Notes under the pieces: model-generated
What the model saw: only the letters and a program-made list of their open reading frames with translations
What the model was told of the DNA's origin: nothing
Database searches by the model: none
Source: an uncultured Chloroflexia bacterium
GTDB taxonomy: Bacteria > Chloroflexota > Limnocylindria > Limnocylindrales > CSP1-4
Direction of reading: 5' to 3'
NCBI GenBank assembly: GCA_963731995.1
Contig: CAVSXV010000013.1
Span: 227,310 to 291,309 of the forward strand
Length of the DNA stretch: 64,000 nucleotides
Shown here: one piece after another, positions 53,379 through 62,850 of the stretch
Layout: every line of letters begins with the position of its first letter
Position numbering within the stretch: position 1 is the stretch's first letter
Made by a program: the position numbers and the translations under genes

Positions 53379-53440
53379 GTCGTTCTTCGATCCGCGGCGT
53401 GATGGCCGCGATGGGATCGCTGGCAGCGAACCAGCAGTGG

Positions 53441-54538
53441 CTACTCGCCGCCCTCGGTCACCTCGACCTCACCCTTGGTGTAGTCCGCGCCGAAGAGATC
53501 GACCTCGTCGCCGAGCAACGCCCACGCGGCCTCGGTCAGGTCGGTGCGCACCGCGTCGGGGCCCGGGTCCTCGCTGATGAGACCCGCGTCGAGCATGATC
53601 TGGATGGTCGTGTCGTAAGTGTCCTGCGGCACGGCGCCGATGCCATCGGGGGACGGCCAGATGAGCGGGTTGATCTCGTTCATCATCCAGCGCTGGTGGC
53701 CCATGCCCAGCGTCGAGCCGGCGTCGACCGTGAACTGCACGCAGTCCTCAGGGTTGTCGCGGCAGAACGCCCAGCCCTTGTAGGCACCGGCGAGGAACTT
53801 GGTGGCGATCTCCTCGTTGCCGTCCTCGGCGAGCCAGCTGGCGCGCGCGTGGATAGCGTCCTGGAGCATGGCCGTGCCCACATCGTTGTAGTCGATGACC
53901 ACGAGATCCTCGGGCTGGTACAGCTCGCCCGTGTCGGGGTTCACCGTCTCGAGCACCTGGGCGTACTCGTTGTAGGTCATGGCCTCAGCCGCATCGACCT
54001 CGCGGTTGAGCAGCAGCGACATATCGAACGGCTGGATGACCCGCTCGAAGTCCTGACCCGGCTCCAGGCCGGCCGCTCGTGCCGCCGCGGTCACCTCGAA
54101 CTCGTTGCCGAAGTCCCACACGCCGATCTTCTTGCCGGCGAACTCCTCGGGCGAGTTGACGGGGGCGTCAGCCCACGACACCGAGAGCGTGCCGGAGCGC
54201 TGGAAGGTCTGACCGATGTTGACCAGGTCCGAGCCCTGGTCGCGGACGGCCAGCACGCGCGGCACCCACGAGACAGCGAACTCGGGACCGGTCGGCAGCG
54301 AGCCCTCGACCTGTGGGGCGACATCGGGGCCACCATCGACGATGGTGACGTCGAGCCCCTGCTCCTCCCAATAGCCCAGCGCGTCGGCCGCGAAGTAGCC
54401 GGCGAACTGCGCCTGCGGTACCCACTGGAGGACGACGCTCACCGGCGTCAGGTCCTGTGCGGCTGCACTGCCGATCGAAGATGCGACCAAGAGACCAGCA
54501 GCTCCCATGGAGATGCCGACGTTCCGTGTCCTGCTCAT
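53441..54538 (-). CDS. NMT1/THI5-like ABC substrate-binding protein (NitT/TauT family)
   Basis: Signal peptide, then VVLQWVPQAQFAGYFAADALGYWEEQGLDV. Confidence 0.85.
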   Translation of the reverse strand: MSRTRNVGISMGAAGLLVASSIGSAAAQDLTPVSVVLQWVPQAQFAGYFAADALGYWEEQGLDVTIVDGGPDVAPQVEGSLPTGPEFAVSWVPRVLAVRDQGSDLVNIGQTFQRSGTLSVSWADAPVNSPEEFAGKKIGVWDFGNEFEVTAAARAAGLEPGQDFERVIQPFDMSLLLNREVDAAEAMTYNEYAQVLETVNPDTGELYQPEDLVVIDYNDVGTAMLQDAIHARASWLAEDGNEEIATKFLAGAYKGWAFCRDNPEDCVQFTVDAGSTLGMGHQRWMMNEINPLIWPSPDGIGAVPQDTYDTTIQIMLDAGLISEDPGPDAVRTDLTEAAWALLGDEVDLFGADYTKGEVEVTEGGE

Positions 54539-54722
54539 TCACCCACCTCTGTTGCGGGCTCACCCCTGACCCGACAGCCGGGCCGAAATGGTGCCCTCCT
54601 CTATTGGATGCGCGAACCATAGCGCAGAAAGGCGCAGCAATCGAGTGGGTGAATGGCTGCGGTCAGGTTGCGCCAGCCGGTCGCCCGGTCGCGGCCTCCT
54701 GCCCGTGGGCAGCGAGAGATGG

Positions 54723-55541
54723 CTATTCGGGCGTGTCGTGGATGTGCCAGTACCAGGGGATGACCGCGCGCTCGATGAGCGTGACCGCGACGTAGGCGAG
54801 GATGGCCACGGTCGCGCCGATGATGATCGCCGCCCAGGCCACATCGAACTTGCCGCCACTGATGGCCTGCAGCACGACCCGCCCGAGCACATTCGAGGTG
54901 CCGCCGAAGAACTCGCCCACGATGGCGCCGATGAAGGCCAGCGTGGTGCCGACCTTCAGGGCCGTGAAGAAGAAGGGCAGCATGTGGGGCACGCGCAGCT
55001 TGCGCAGGACCGTCGTGTCATCAGCGGCATACGAACGCATCAGCTCGAGCTTGGCGGGGCCGACCTCCACGAGGCCGCGGGTGACGTTGATGACGATGGG
55101 GAAGAACACCAGCAGAGCCGCCATCGACATCTTCGAGAGCGGGTTGAGCACGCCGAACCAGTTGTTGAGGATGGGCGCGACCGCGATGATGGGGATGGTC
55201 GAGGCGCCGATGGCCAGCGGCAGCAGGACGTCGCGGGCGATGGCCCAGCGCGAGGTCACGAAGCCCACGGTGAGGCCCGCCACGGTGCCGATGACCAGCC
55301 CGCCCAAGGCTTCGATGACGGTGGCCATGGCCGAGGACGAAAGCAGATCCCACTCCCGGAAGAGCGCGCTCCAGATGGCGGTCGGCGTGGGGATGGGGTT
55401 GAAGAAGCCGCCCCCACTGGCCCAGATCTCCCAGGCGATGATCACCGCGATGAAGACGATGATCGGCGGAGCCCAATGGCGCAGGCCGCTAGTCAGCGCG
55501 GATGGCAGCGGGGAGCGAGCACGGCTGGTGGACACCGTCAT
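54723..55541 (-). CDS. ABC transporter permease (NitT/TauT family)
   Basis: Six-TM binding-protein-dependent permease. ATGA overlap with the ATPase gene. Confidence 0.85.
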   Translation of the reverse strand: MTVSTSRARSPLPSALTSGLRHWAPPIIVFIAVIIAWEIWASGGGFFNPIPTPTAIWSALFREWDLLSSSAMATVIEALGGLVIGTVAGLTVGFVTSRWAIARDVLLPLAIGASTIPIIAVAPILNNWFGVLNPLSKMSMAALLVFFPIVINVTRGLVEVGPAKLELMRSYAADDTTVLRKLRVPHMLPFFFTALKVGTTLAFIGAIVGEFFGGTSNVLGRVVLQAISGGKFDVAWAAIIIGATVAILAYVAVTLIERAVIPWYWHIHDTPE

Positions 55542-56371
55542 CCGAAGGAACTGTCCGAGCGCGCGCGAGCAGCGAGGTCCCCGCCGCCATCGGGCCGGCC
55601 ACGGATCGCCTCGCGGACCTCGGTGACCAGCTCGTAGTAACGGTCCTCCTCGCGCGTGCTGTCATCGCGCGGGTAGGGCAGGTCGATCTCGATGGTTTCG
55701 GCGATGCGGCCCGGGCGCGGACTCATGACCACCACGCGCGAGGACAGGAAGACGGCCTCGGGGATGGAGTGCGTGACGAAGATGACGGTCGTCTGGGTCT
55801 CACTCCAGATGTCGAGCAGCTCGCCGTTGAGCCGCTCACGGGTCATCTCGTCGAGGGCACCGAAGGGCTCGTCCATGAGCAGCAGCGACGGTTGCAGCGC
55901 GAGCGCACGGGCGATGGCCACACGCTGCTGCATGCCGCCCGAGAGCTGATGGGGATAGTGCTTGGCGAAGCCGCCCAGCTCCACCAGCTCGAGCTTCTCA
56001 GCCACGAGCGCGTCGCGCTTGCCCTTGGGATAGCCGGTGACCTCCAGTGGCAGTCGTACGTTGGCCTCGACGGTGCGCCAATCGAAGAGCACGGGCGCCT
56101 GGAAGACCATGCCGTACTCGCGATCGAGCCGGGCCTGGGTGGCGGGCTTACCGTTGACCTCGACGGTGCCCTCGGTGACCGGGATGAGGTCGCCAACGGC
56201 ACGCAGCAACGTGGACTTGCCACAGCCTGAGGGGCCGATGAGTGAGATGAACTCCTGCTGTCCGACCTCCAGGTCGATACCCGTGAGCGCGACGGTGGGC
56301 TCACCGTCCTTGACGGGGAAGACCTTTTCGACACCGGCCAGGCGAACGGCCGGTACGACTGCTTGTTCCAT
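55538..56371 (-). CDS. ABC transporter ATP-binding protein
   Basis: [38 protein letters not shown]. Start set at ATG 56371 (MEQAVVPAVRLAG). Confidence 0.9.
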   Translation of the reverse strand: MEQAVVPAVRLAGVEKVFPVKDGEPTVALTGIDLEVGQQEFISLIGPSGCGKSTLLRAVGDLIPVTEGTVEVNGKPATQARLDREYGMVFQAPVLFDWRTVEANVRLPLEVTGYPKGKRDALVAEKLELVELGGFAKHYPHQLSGGMQQRVAIARALALQPSLLLMDEPFGALDEMTRERLNGELLDIWSETQTTVIFVTHSIPEAVFLSSRVVVMSPRPGRIAETIEIDLPYPRDDSTREEDRYYELVTEVREAIRGRPDGGGDLAARARSDSSFG

Positions 56372-56376
56372 GGACG

Positions 56377-57540
56377 TCACGCTCCCTTGGCCGACGCGGA
56401 GCCGGACTGACCACCCGGCGAGCGCGCGCTGCGCTGGCGGGTGCTGACGACCTCCGCGATGCGGACCATCACGAAGAAGAGGATGCCCGTGAGGGCGGCG
56501 ATGAGGATGGTGGCCCACAGCTTCTCGGGGCCGGAGATGTACTGCTGGTTGAAGTTGATGATGGCGCGGCCGAGGCCGTCCTTCACGCCGCCCGGGCCCT
56601 CGCCGATGATGGCGCCGACGATGGCCGCCGCAGCCGCCACCTTGAGGGCCGTGAAGAAGTAGGGCAGCGAGGCCGGCAGGCGCACCTTGCGGTAGATGTC
56701 CCACTTGCTCGCCGCGAACGAGCGCATCAGCTCTAGCGAGCGCGGGTCGGGCGAACGCAGGCCACGGGCCTGGGCCACGGTCACCGGGAAGAAGGTGAGG
56801 TAGACCGCGATGATGATGACCGAGGTGGCGCCACGGCCCGCAGCGGCCGCGATGATGGGCGCAAGGGCCACGATGGGGATGGCCTGGCTGGCGATGACGT
56901 AGGGCATGAAGGCTCGCTCGGTCAGTCGCGAGTGCACGAAGATCGAGGCCAGCGCGACGCCCACGAAGGCGCCGATGGCGAAGCCGATGACGGCGTTCCG
57001 CCAGGTGGAGAAGGCCGCGCCGACGAGGTAGATGAGCAGCGAGTCATCCTGGTTGCGCTGCACCGGCTGGGACAGTGCGTAGAAGATGTCCCACACGTGT
57101 GGCAGTTGCAGGTCGCTGGCCTGGATGAGGTGGAACGGCGGCTGGTGGAAGTAGTCCCGACCGGTGCCGAGCACGTCGTCGAACCGCCACGGATCACCGA
57201 AGAGCCACTTGAACAGCTCCCAGACCAGGAAGACGAGGGCAAAGAAGATGATGAGGGCGAGGGCGGTTCTCGTGAGCCGGCCCAGCGGTGAGGTCCAGCG
57301 GCCGACGATGGCCTCGGCACCGGAACTGGAGCCCTTGGCGATCTCGTCGGCCGTGCCCTCGAAGTCGAGGGTCTCCTCGATGGCCTCGGCGTTCGAGAGG
57401 TCGTCACGCTCCGTGCTCCACGAAGCGGATTGGTTCGGCCCCAGGGCGCGATAGGGCATCGGCTTGCGCCGCTCCTCGGTCGCGGTGGGATCGTCGGGCG
57501 AGCCGGCCGGCTTGCTCCGCTCCTTGCCCTCGTCGCTCAT
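56377..57540 (-). CDS. ABC transporter permease with ~110-aa N-terminal extension
   Basis: Second permease of the same family. The charged/Ser-rich N-terminus precedes the first TM helix. Confidence 0.8.
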   Translation of the reverse strand: MSDEGKERSKPAGSPDDPTATEERRKPMPYRALGPNQSASWSTERDDLSNAEAIEETLDFEGTADEIAKGSSSGAEAIVGRWTSPLGRLTRTALALIIFFALVFLVWELFKWLFGDPWRFDDVLGTGRDYFHQPPFHLIQASDLQLPHVWDIFYALSQPVQRNQDDSLLIYLVGAAFSTWRNAVIGFAIGAFVGVALASIFVHSRLTERAFMPYVIASQAIPIVALAPIIAAAAGRGATSVIIIAVYLTFFPVTVAQARGLRSPDPRSLELMRSFAASKWDIYRKVRLPASLPYFFTALKVAAAAAIVGAIIGEGPGGVKDGLGRAIINFNQQYISGPEKLWATILIAALTGILFFVMVRIAEVVSTRQRSARSPGGQSGSASAKGA

Positions 57541-57573
57541 GCCATCCTCGTGTGCCGGCCCCCGCGTCGCACG

Positions 57574-58908
57574 CTAGGCGCGCACGGCCTTGTCGGCCAG
57601 CTCGAGGGCACCGTCGATGATGTCGAAGCCTTCGGCCATCTCTTCTTCGCTGATGGTCAGCGGCGGGTTGGTGTGGATCATGCCGAAGCGCAGGAAGGTG
57701 AAGAGCCCATGCTCCTTGAAGTAGGCGCCGATGGCCTTCATCTCGTCGCTGGTGCCGTTGTACGGCGCCATCGGCTCGTAGGGGTCGTGGCTGCGCACCA
57801 GCTCGATGATCCCGAACATGCCCTTGTTGCGCGTGCGTCCCACGCTGGGGTGCGACGCTGCGAGCCGACGATGGTGCTCGGCCATGACCTCGCCCATGCG
57901 CCTGGCCCGGGCGATGAGATCGTCCTGCTCGTAGACCTCGATGACCGCGAGGGCCGTGGCGCAGGCCAGCGCGTGGCTGTTGTAGGTGAGGCCGCCGATG
58001 AAGGGCTTGGTGGCCCAGGTGTCGGCGATCTCGCGACTCATGCCCACGGCACCGAGCTGCACGTACGAGGAGGTCAGGCCCTTGGCGATGGACATGAGGT
58101 CAGGCACGACGCCCCAGTTGTCCACGGCGAACCACTCGCCGGTGCGGCCGAAGCCGCTCATGACCTCGTCGGCGATGAGCAGGATGCCGTGCTGGGTGCA
58201 GATGTCCCGCACGCCCTGCATATACCCGTCGGGCGGGATGAGGATGCCGTTGGTGCCGACGATAGGCTCCATGATGAAGGCCGCGATGTTGGCCGGGCCC
58301 TCGTACATGATCACGTCTTCGAGCTCGCGCAGCGCGACATCGACCGGCTCGGGATCGGGCACCCCCCACTTGTGGAAGTCGGGTGCGCGGACGATGCCGG
58401 AGATACCGATCTCAGCCCCCCAGCGGCGCGGGTCGCCGGTGGCCACCATCGTGGCGCCCGAGGCGCCGTGGTACGAGCGGTAGCGGGCCAGGACCTTCTG
58501 TCGTCCGGTGTAGTGGCGGGCGATCTTGATGGCGTTCTCGTTGGCCTCGGCGCCGCCGTTGGTGAAGAACCAGACGTCGAGGTCCCCGGGCGTGATCTCG
58601 GCCAGCTTCTGGCCCAGACGAGCGCGCGGCTCGGTGGCCGTGTAGGGGTGGACGTAGCAGACCTTCTGCGCCTGGGCCGCGATGGCGTCGATGACGCGCT
58701 GGTCGCCGTGGCCGATGTTCACCGACATCAGCTGGCTGTTGAAGTCGAGGATGCGGTCGCCGTCGGGCGTGTACATGTAGACGCCCTTGGCGTATTCGAC
58801 GGGCATGGGCACGACCGCGTCCTGCGCCACCCAGTCGAACATCGTGTGCTTCTTCGACAGCGCCGACATCTCCTCGGCACTCATGAACTCGCGGCTCTCC
58901 TCGACCAT
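57574..58908 (-). CDS. class III (omega) aminotransferase, PLP-dependent
   Basis: FFTNGGAEANENAIK..DEVMSGFGRTGEWFA..SIAKGLTS (PLP Lys). Confidence 0.9.
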   Translation of the reverse strand: MVEESREFMSAEEMSALSKKHTMFDWVAQDAVVPMPVEYAKGVYMYTPDGDRILDFNSQLMSVNIGHGDQRVIDAIAAQAQKVCYVHPYTATEPRARLGQKLAEITPGDLDVWFFTNGGAEANENAIKIARHYTGRQKVLARYRSYHGASGATMVATGDPRRWGAEIGISGIVRAPDFHKWGVPDPEPVDVALRELEDVIMYEGPANIAAFIMEPIVGTNGILIPPDGYMQGVRDICTQHGILLIADEVMSGFGRTGEWFAVDNWGVVPDLMSIAKGLTSSYVQLGAVGMSREIADTWATKPFIGGLTYNSHALACATALAVIEVYEQDDLIARARRMGEVMAEHHRRLAASHPSVGRTRNKGMFGIIELVRSHDPYEPMAPYNGTSDEMKAIGAYFKEHGLFTFLRFGMIHTNPPLTISEEEMAEGFDIIDGALELADKAVRA

Positions 58909-59270
58909 GCCTCACCTCGGTTCCACCGCGCGCGACCTCGGGGGCGGATCCAGAACCCCGGAGTGTCACTGCGCCGGTTCGTGCGCGGACTATGCCACGG
59001 GCAGGCGCTCATGTGGCTGCCGGCACCACCGTTGGGGTAGCGCTGGCTGCAATCGCGCCCGAGGTGTAACCGCGCGGCATCCACCGTGCGACCGACCGAT
59101 CCGGAGAACGCTTGGCGCTAACGCCGACCGCTGCCCGAGGCCAGGATCTCCGCTCGCAGCCAGTCTGGCGGCTGCACTCGCACGACCTCCAGTGTCGGGC
59201 CACCGACGGGCGTTCGCAGCGCACCCATGTCGGGCGCTGCGGTGCAGCGTGCACCGTGCGCGGCCGCGAC

Positions 59271-59561
59271 TCAAGAGGCGGACGGCCCCTCAGCCTTGAC
59301 CGGCGAGGGCCTCGCGGAGGGCGGAGCGGACGTCGATGACCTCGCGGTGACGGGATCTGTGCTCGGGGATGGCGCCGGTGCATCGGCCGGAGCGGCGCAG
59401 TCCCCCACCAGGACCAGCATGATCGCGACGGAGATCAGGCCCAGGGTGCCAGCCGCGCCGAGCCACGTACGCGGACGCTTTGGTGGACCCCCAGGCTCCT
59501 GCCGCAGCTCGCTCTTGACCAGCTCCTCTATCGATCGCTGCTGGAACCCGCGACCCCACAT
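59271..59561 (-). CDS. hypothetical single-pass membrane protein
   Basis: 96-aa ORF with one TM segment (WLGAAGTLGLISVAIMLVLVG) and a Pro/Ser/Ala-rich tail. No family recognised. Confidence 0.35.
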   Translation of the reverse strand: MWGRGFQQRSIEELVKSELRQEPGGPPKRPRTWLGAAGTLGLISVAIMLVLVGDCAAPADAPAPSPSTDPVTARSSTSAPPSARPSPVKAEGPSAS

Positions 59562-59654
59562 CAGCGTGTCGCCCCGTTTCGTCGTGCGAGTGGGTCAGAT
59601 GGTGCGGGCCGCGCGCTGGGGCCTCAAGGGTCCGATGGCCCCAAGCCACGAGGC

Positions 59655-60041
59655 TCAGGCTGAGGGCAGGTACCCGTCCTCGAAGAGCACCTCGATGACC
59701 GGGGAGCCGGCCAGGAACGCCTCGACCTCGTTCGGCCGGTTCCAGGCGTTGCAGGCGGTCTCGACGACCGATCGACGCTCGGCCTCCTCGGTGACGATAC
59801 GGGCAGTTGCCGGCAGGTCGGCCACGACGCCACGTTTGAGGTGGAACGTGAGACGCGGGTCCGCCTTGAGGTTGGCGAGCCAGGCACGGGTGCCGGGCGA
59901 GCCGGTGATGTAGACGCGGCCGTCCAGGTTGAAGAAGACGATCTCGATGCGCCGAGGCTGGCCGGACGAGCGTCCGGTGGTGGTGATATCGATGATGCCG
60001 CCCTGCGCAAGGGCCTGGGCGATGCGGTCGTGGTCGGACAT
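59655..60041 (-). CDS. deazaflavin (F420)-dependent nitroreductase-family protein (DUF385/Ddn-like)
   Basis: GRSSGQPRRIEIVFFNLDGRVYITGS..AWLANLKADPRLTF. Confidence 0.7.
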   Translation of the reverse strand: MSDHDRIAQALAQGGIIDITTTGRSSGQPRRIEIVFFNLDGRVYITGSPGTRAWLANLKADPRLTFHLKRGVVADLPATARIVTEEAERRSVVETACNAWNRPNEVEAFLAGSPVIEVLFEDGYLPSA

Positions 60042-60239
60042 GGTCTACCTGTGCGAGCGTTGAGTCTCAGGATACTGGGTGGGGGTATCGTCCGACAAGG
60101 ACGCTTCGTGCCGCGACGGTGCCGCTGCTAGCGGATGGTTCAGCCAGCGAGGAGCGTCTGGAGCGCTTGGTTGGTCCCCAGGAGATGGGCGATCACGATG
60201 CCACGGCTCGATGTCGGCACCTCCCCGTCTCGCCGACGG

Positions 60240-61085
60240 CTACTCGACGGCCGTCTCGTCCTCCAGCTCGCGACCGATCTCCTCGGTGCGCCGGTAGGCT
60301 GCGAAGACGGCCTCGGAGAGCACCGTTCGGAGCCGCCCCTTCTCCATCTCGGCGATGGCCGCGGCCGAGGTGCCGGCCGGCGAGGTCACCATGTTGCGCA
60401 GGTAGGCGGGATGATCACCGCTTTCCTTGGCCAGGAGCGTGCCGCCCAGCAGCGTCTCGATGACCAGGTCGTGGGCGATGTGGCGCGGGAAACCCAGGTG
60501 GACGGCAGCGTCGATAAGGGCCTCCATGACCATGAATACGTAGGCCGGGCCGGTGCCGCTGACCGCGGTCGACATCGAGACGTACTTCTCGTCCTCGACC
60601 TGGATCTCCTTGCCCAGGCTCGAGAGCAGGGCCGCGGCCTGCTCGCGCTGTAGCTCGGTGACCTGCTCGGTGGCGCACCAGACGGTCATGCCCTTGCCCA
60701 GCTGGGCCGGCGTGTTGGGCATGGCCCGCACGATGGCGTCATGGCGCATGGCATTGCCGAGGGCCTTGGTGGTACAGCCCGCGAGGATGGAGATGACCAG
60801 CTGGTCAGGGCGCAGCACCGACGAGAGCTCGCGTCCGACCCTGAGCAGCATCTGCGGCTTGATCGCGAGCACGACCACGTCCGCCCCATCGATGGCTTCG
60901 CTGTTGGAGCCGGTCGTGCCGATGCTGTACCTGGCCTCGACCGCTTCGCGACGCTCGGCCCGCGGATCGCTCGCGACGAGCTGGGCGGCCGCGACGTGGC
61001 CGCCCGAGATCAGGCCGGCGATCATGGCTTCGGCCATGGCGCCGGTGCCGACGATCGCGATGGTCGCTTCCTTCAGTGGTGACAC
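60240..61085 (-). CDS. proC: pyrroline-5-carboxylate reductase
   Basis: IAIVGTGAMAEAMIAGL..VVLAIKPQ..RAMPNTPA..TSPAGTS. Confidence 0.9.
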   Translation of the reverse strand: MSPLKEATIAIVGTGAMAEAMIAGLISGGHVAAAQLVASDPRAERREAVEARYSIGTTGSNSEAIDGADVVVLAIKPQMLLRVGRELSSVLRPDQLVISILAGCTTKALGNAMRHDAIVRAMPNTPAQLGKGMTVWCATEQVTELQREQAAALLSSLGKEIQVEDEKYVSMSTAVSGTGPAYVFMVMEALIDAAVHLGFPRHIAHDLVIETLLGGTLLAKESGDHPAYLRNMVTSPAGTSAAAIAEMEKGRLRTVLSEAVFAAYRRTEEIGRELEDETAVE

Positions 61086-61111
61086 GCTCGCGAGTATAGG
61101 CGGCGCGGCCC

Positions 61112-62037
61112 TCAGGACGCGGGCGCCAGCGCCTCCAGCGTCGCGGTCGGCAGGTCCGCGCCATCGGTCCGCCCAGCGGGATGACCGCCACGTGGTCGGC
61201 GCCGGCGGCGTGGAACTCGGCGATCCGCGCCCGGACCTGCTCGGCCGAACCCCAGGCCACCAGCGAGTCGACGAGGCGATCCGAGTAGGGTGGCTCCCAG
61301 TCCGCGGGCCCGAAGCCCTGGGCGGTCAGGCTGCGTTGATAGTTCTCCGCGCGACAGTAGGGCTGCATCCAGGTTCGAGCTGCTGCGCGAGCGGGTTCGT
61401 CAGCCCCGACGACAGCAGCAAGGGCGGTGGCGATGATCGGTCGAGGTCGATCGGCGGGAGCAGCGCCATCGAGTACCTCACGCATCCAGGCGATGCGCTC
61501 GGCGGTGACGAAGAAGGGCAGCGTGCCGTCGGTGGCCGTGGCCGCCAACTCCAGCAGGCGGGGGCCGAGAGCAGCGATGAGCACTGGTGGCTGGGTCGGC
61601 GCCCCATCCGGGCCGTCGATGACCGGTCCCCGGTAGGGCATCCGCTCGTAGGCCTCGAGGTACTCACGCATGCGCGTCAAGGGCTTCTCGTAGGTGTGCC
61701 CGCGCAGCTTCTGCACGAGGTGGACATGGGAGACGCCGAGCCCCAGCACGAAGCGGCCGTCGGTCAGCTCGTGGAGCGTCATGGCGCCCATGCGCGAAGC
61801 CATCGGGTCGCGCCCGAAGATGTTGACGATGCTGGTGCCGAGGGCCATCGAGCCCGAGACGTCGGCCACAGCCGCAAGCTGCGCGAAGGGGTCGCGGCCG
61901 GAGCCCTCTCCCACCCACAGAGAGCCGTAGCCAAGCTCGGCCGCGCGAGCCACGAGCGGGCGGAGCTGTGCCGCAGGGGCGGAGCCGACGAGCCCCCAGA
62001 TCCCAAGCGGGCCGATAAGCGTTCGAGTGTCAGTCAT
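61112..62037 (-). pseudogene. LLM-class (luciferase-like) F420-dependent oxidoreductase with a 1-nt frameshift near the 3' end
   Basis: MTDTRTLIGPLGIWG..GYGSLWVGE..GRFVLGLGVSH..AGADHVAVIPLG. After about 61170 the open frame becomes Arg-rich junk running into proC, whereas the adjacent frame reads TDGADLPTATLEALAPAS-stop (TGA at 61112-61114). Confidence 0.7.
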
Positions 62038-62046
62038 GACCAGAGT

Positions 62047-62838
62047 CTATTCCGGGGCGATAGCCTCGCCGAAGACGAATGCGCCCCGGGTGCCCGCGAC
62101 CTCCACCGGTCCGAAGCCTTGTGCCACGAGGTGGCCGCCGAGGGCTTCTGCGTCCCAGGCTCGCAGGTCGCCACGGGGGCCGTCGAGGACCTCGTTGCCC
62201 TGCGCCTCCACGAAGACGAACGAACCGCCCGGTCGCAGCCAGGAGGTGACCGTGGCCAGGCGCGCATCGATCGTCTCGGGCCGATCTTCGCGACCCAGCA
62301 GGTAGGCCGCGAAAACGACGTCCACGCGCTTGTCGGGACGCGCCAGCGGATCGCGCTCATGCAGGTGCGCCAGCAGACCGTGGGCCATCAGCCGCGTGCG
62401 CGCCGCATCGAGCGATGCGCCGTCGCTGTCGTAGACCCACAGCTCACCCTTCTCCGCGAGCAGGGCCGTCCACCAGCCCATGCCCGCACCCAGCTCGACC
62501 AGGGTGCCACGGAGGCCGAGCCCATCGAGCCAACGGGTGACCTCGTCGAGCTCCATGGTCCAGGGTCCGTCGTGGATCGGGCCGCGAGCGTAGCGGCCCC
62601 GGCGCAGGTACCAGTCTTCCCAGTCACCCGCTGGACCGGCCGTCCCCGCAGCGTCGGCGGCCGCGGCAGCAGCACGGTCTCGCAGCGCGATGCGGAGCCG
62701 GCTGCGCAGGAACCCGTTGTCGTCGGCCTTGGCCAGGCAGTCGGGACAGAGGGCGGCCCAGCCCTCCAGATCGTCGTCGGCGCGCGTTCCCCACGCGCGA
62801 CCACACCAGAGGCAGTCGAAACGCCGTCGGAAGGGCAT
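62047..62838 (-). CDS. class I SAM-dependent methyltransferase with N-terminal Cys4 zinc-ribbon-like segment
   Basis: FDCLWCG..ALCPDCL, then LVELGAGMGWWT motif I. Confidence 0.8.
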   Translation of the reverse strand: MPFRRRFDCLWCGRAWGTRADDDLEGWAALCPDCLAKADDNGFLRSRLRIALRDRAAAAAADAAGTAGPAGDWEDWYLRRGRYARGPIHDGPWTMELDEVTRWLDGLGLRGTLVELGAGMGWWTALLAEKGELWVYDSDGASLDAARTRLMAHGLLAHLHERDPLARPDKRVDVVFAAYLLGREDRPETIDARLATVTSWLRPGGSFVFVEAQGNEVLDGPRGDLRAWDAEALGGHLVAQGFGPVEVAGTRGAFVFGEAIAPE

Positions 62839-62850
62839 GGCCCTAGTGTC

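Noticed and set aside
54539-54722. TPP riboswitch upstream of the NMT1/THI5-like binding protein (ThiY-like context).
   Set aside because: An AACCTGA segment is present. However, I cannot find the CUGAGA or the GCGUAGGGA-type conserved elements, or the expected helices. This is not supported without an Infernal scan.
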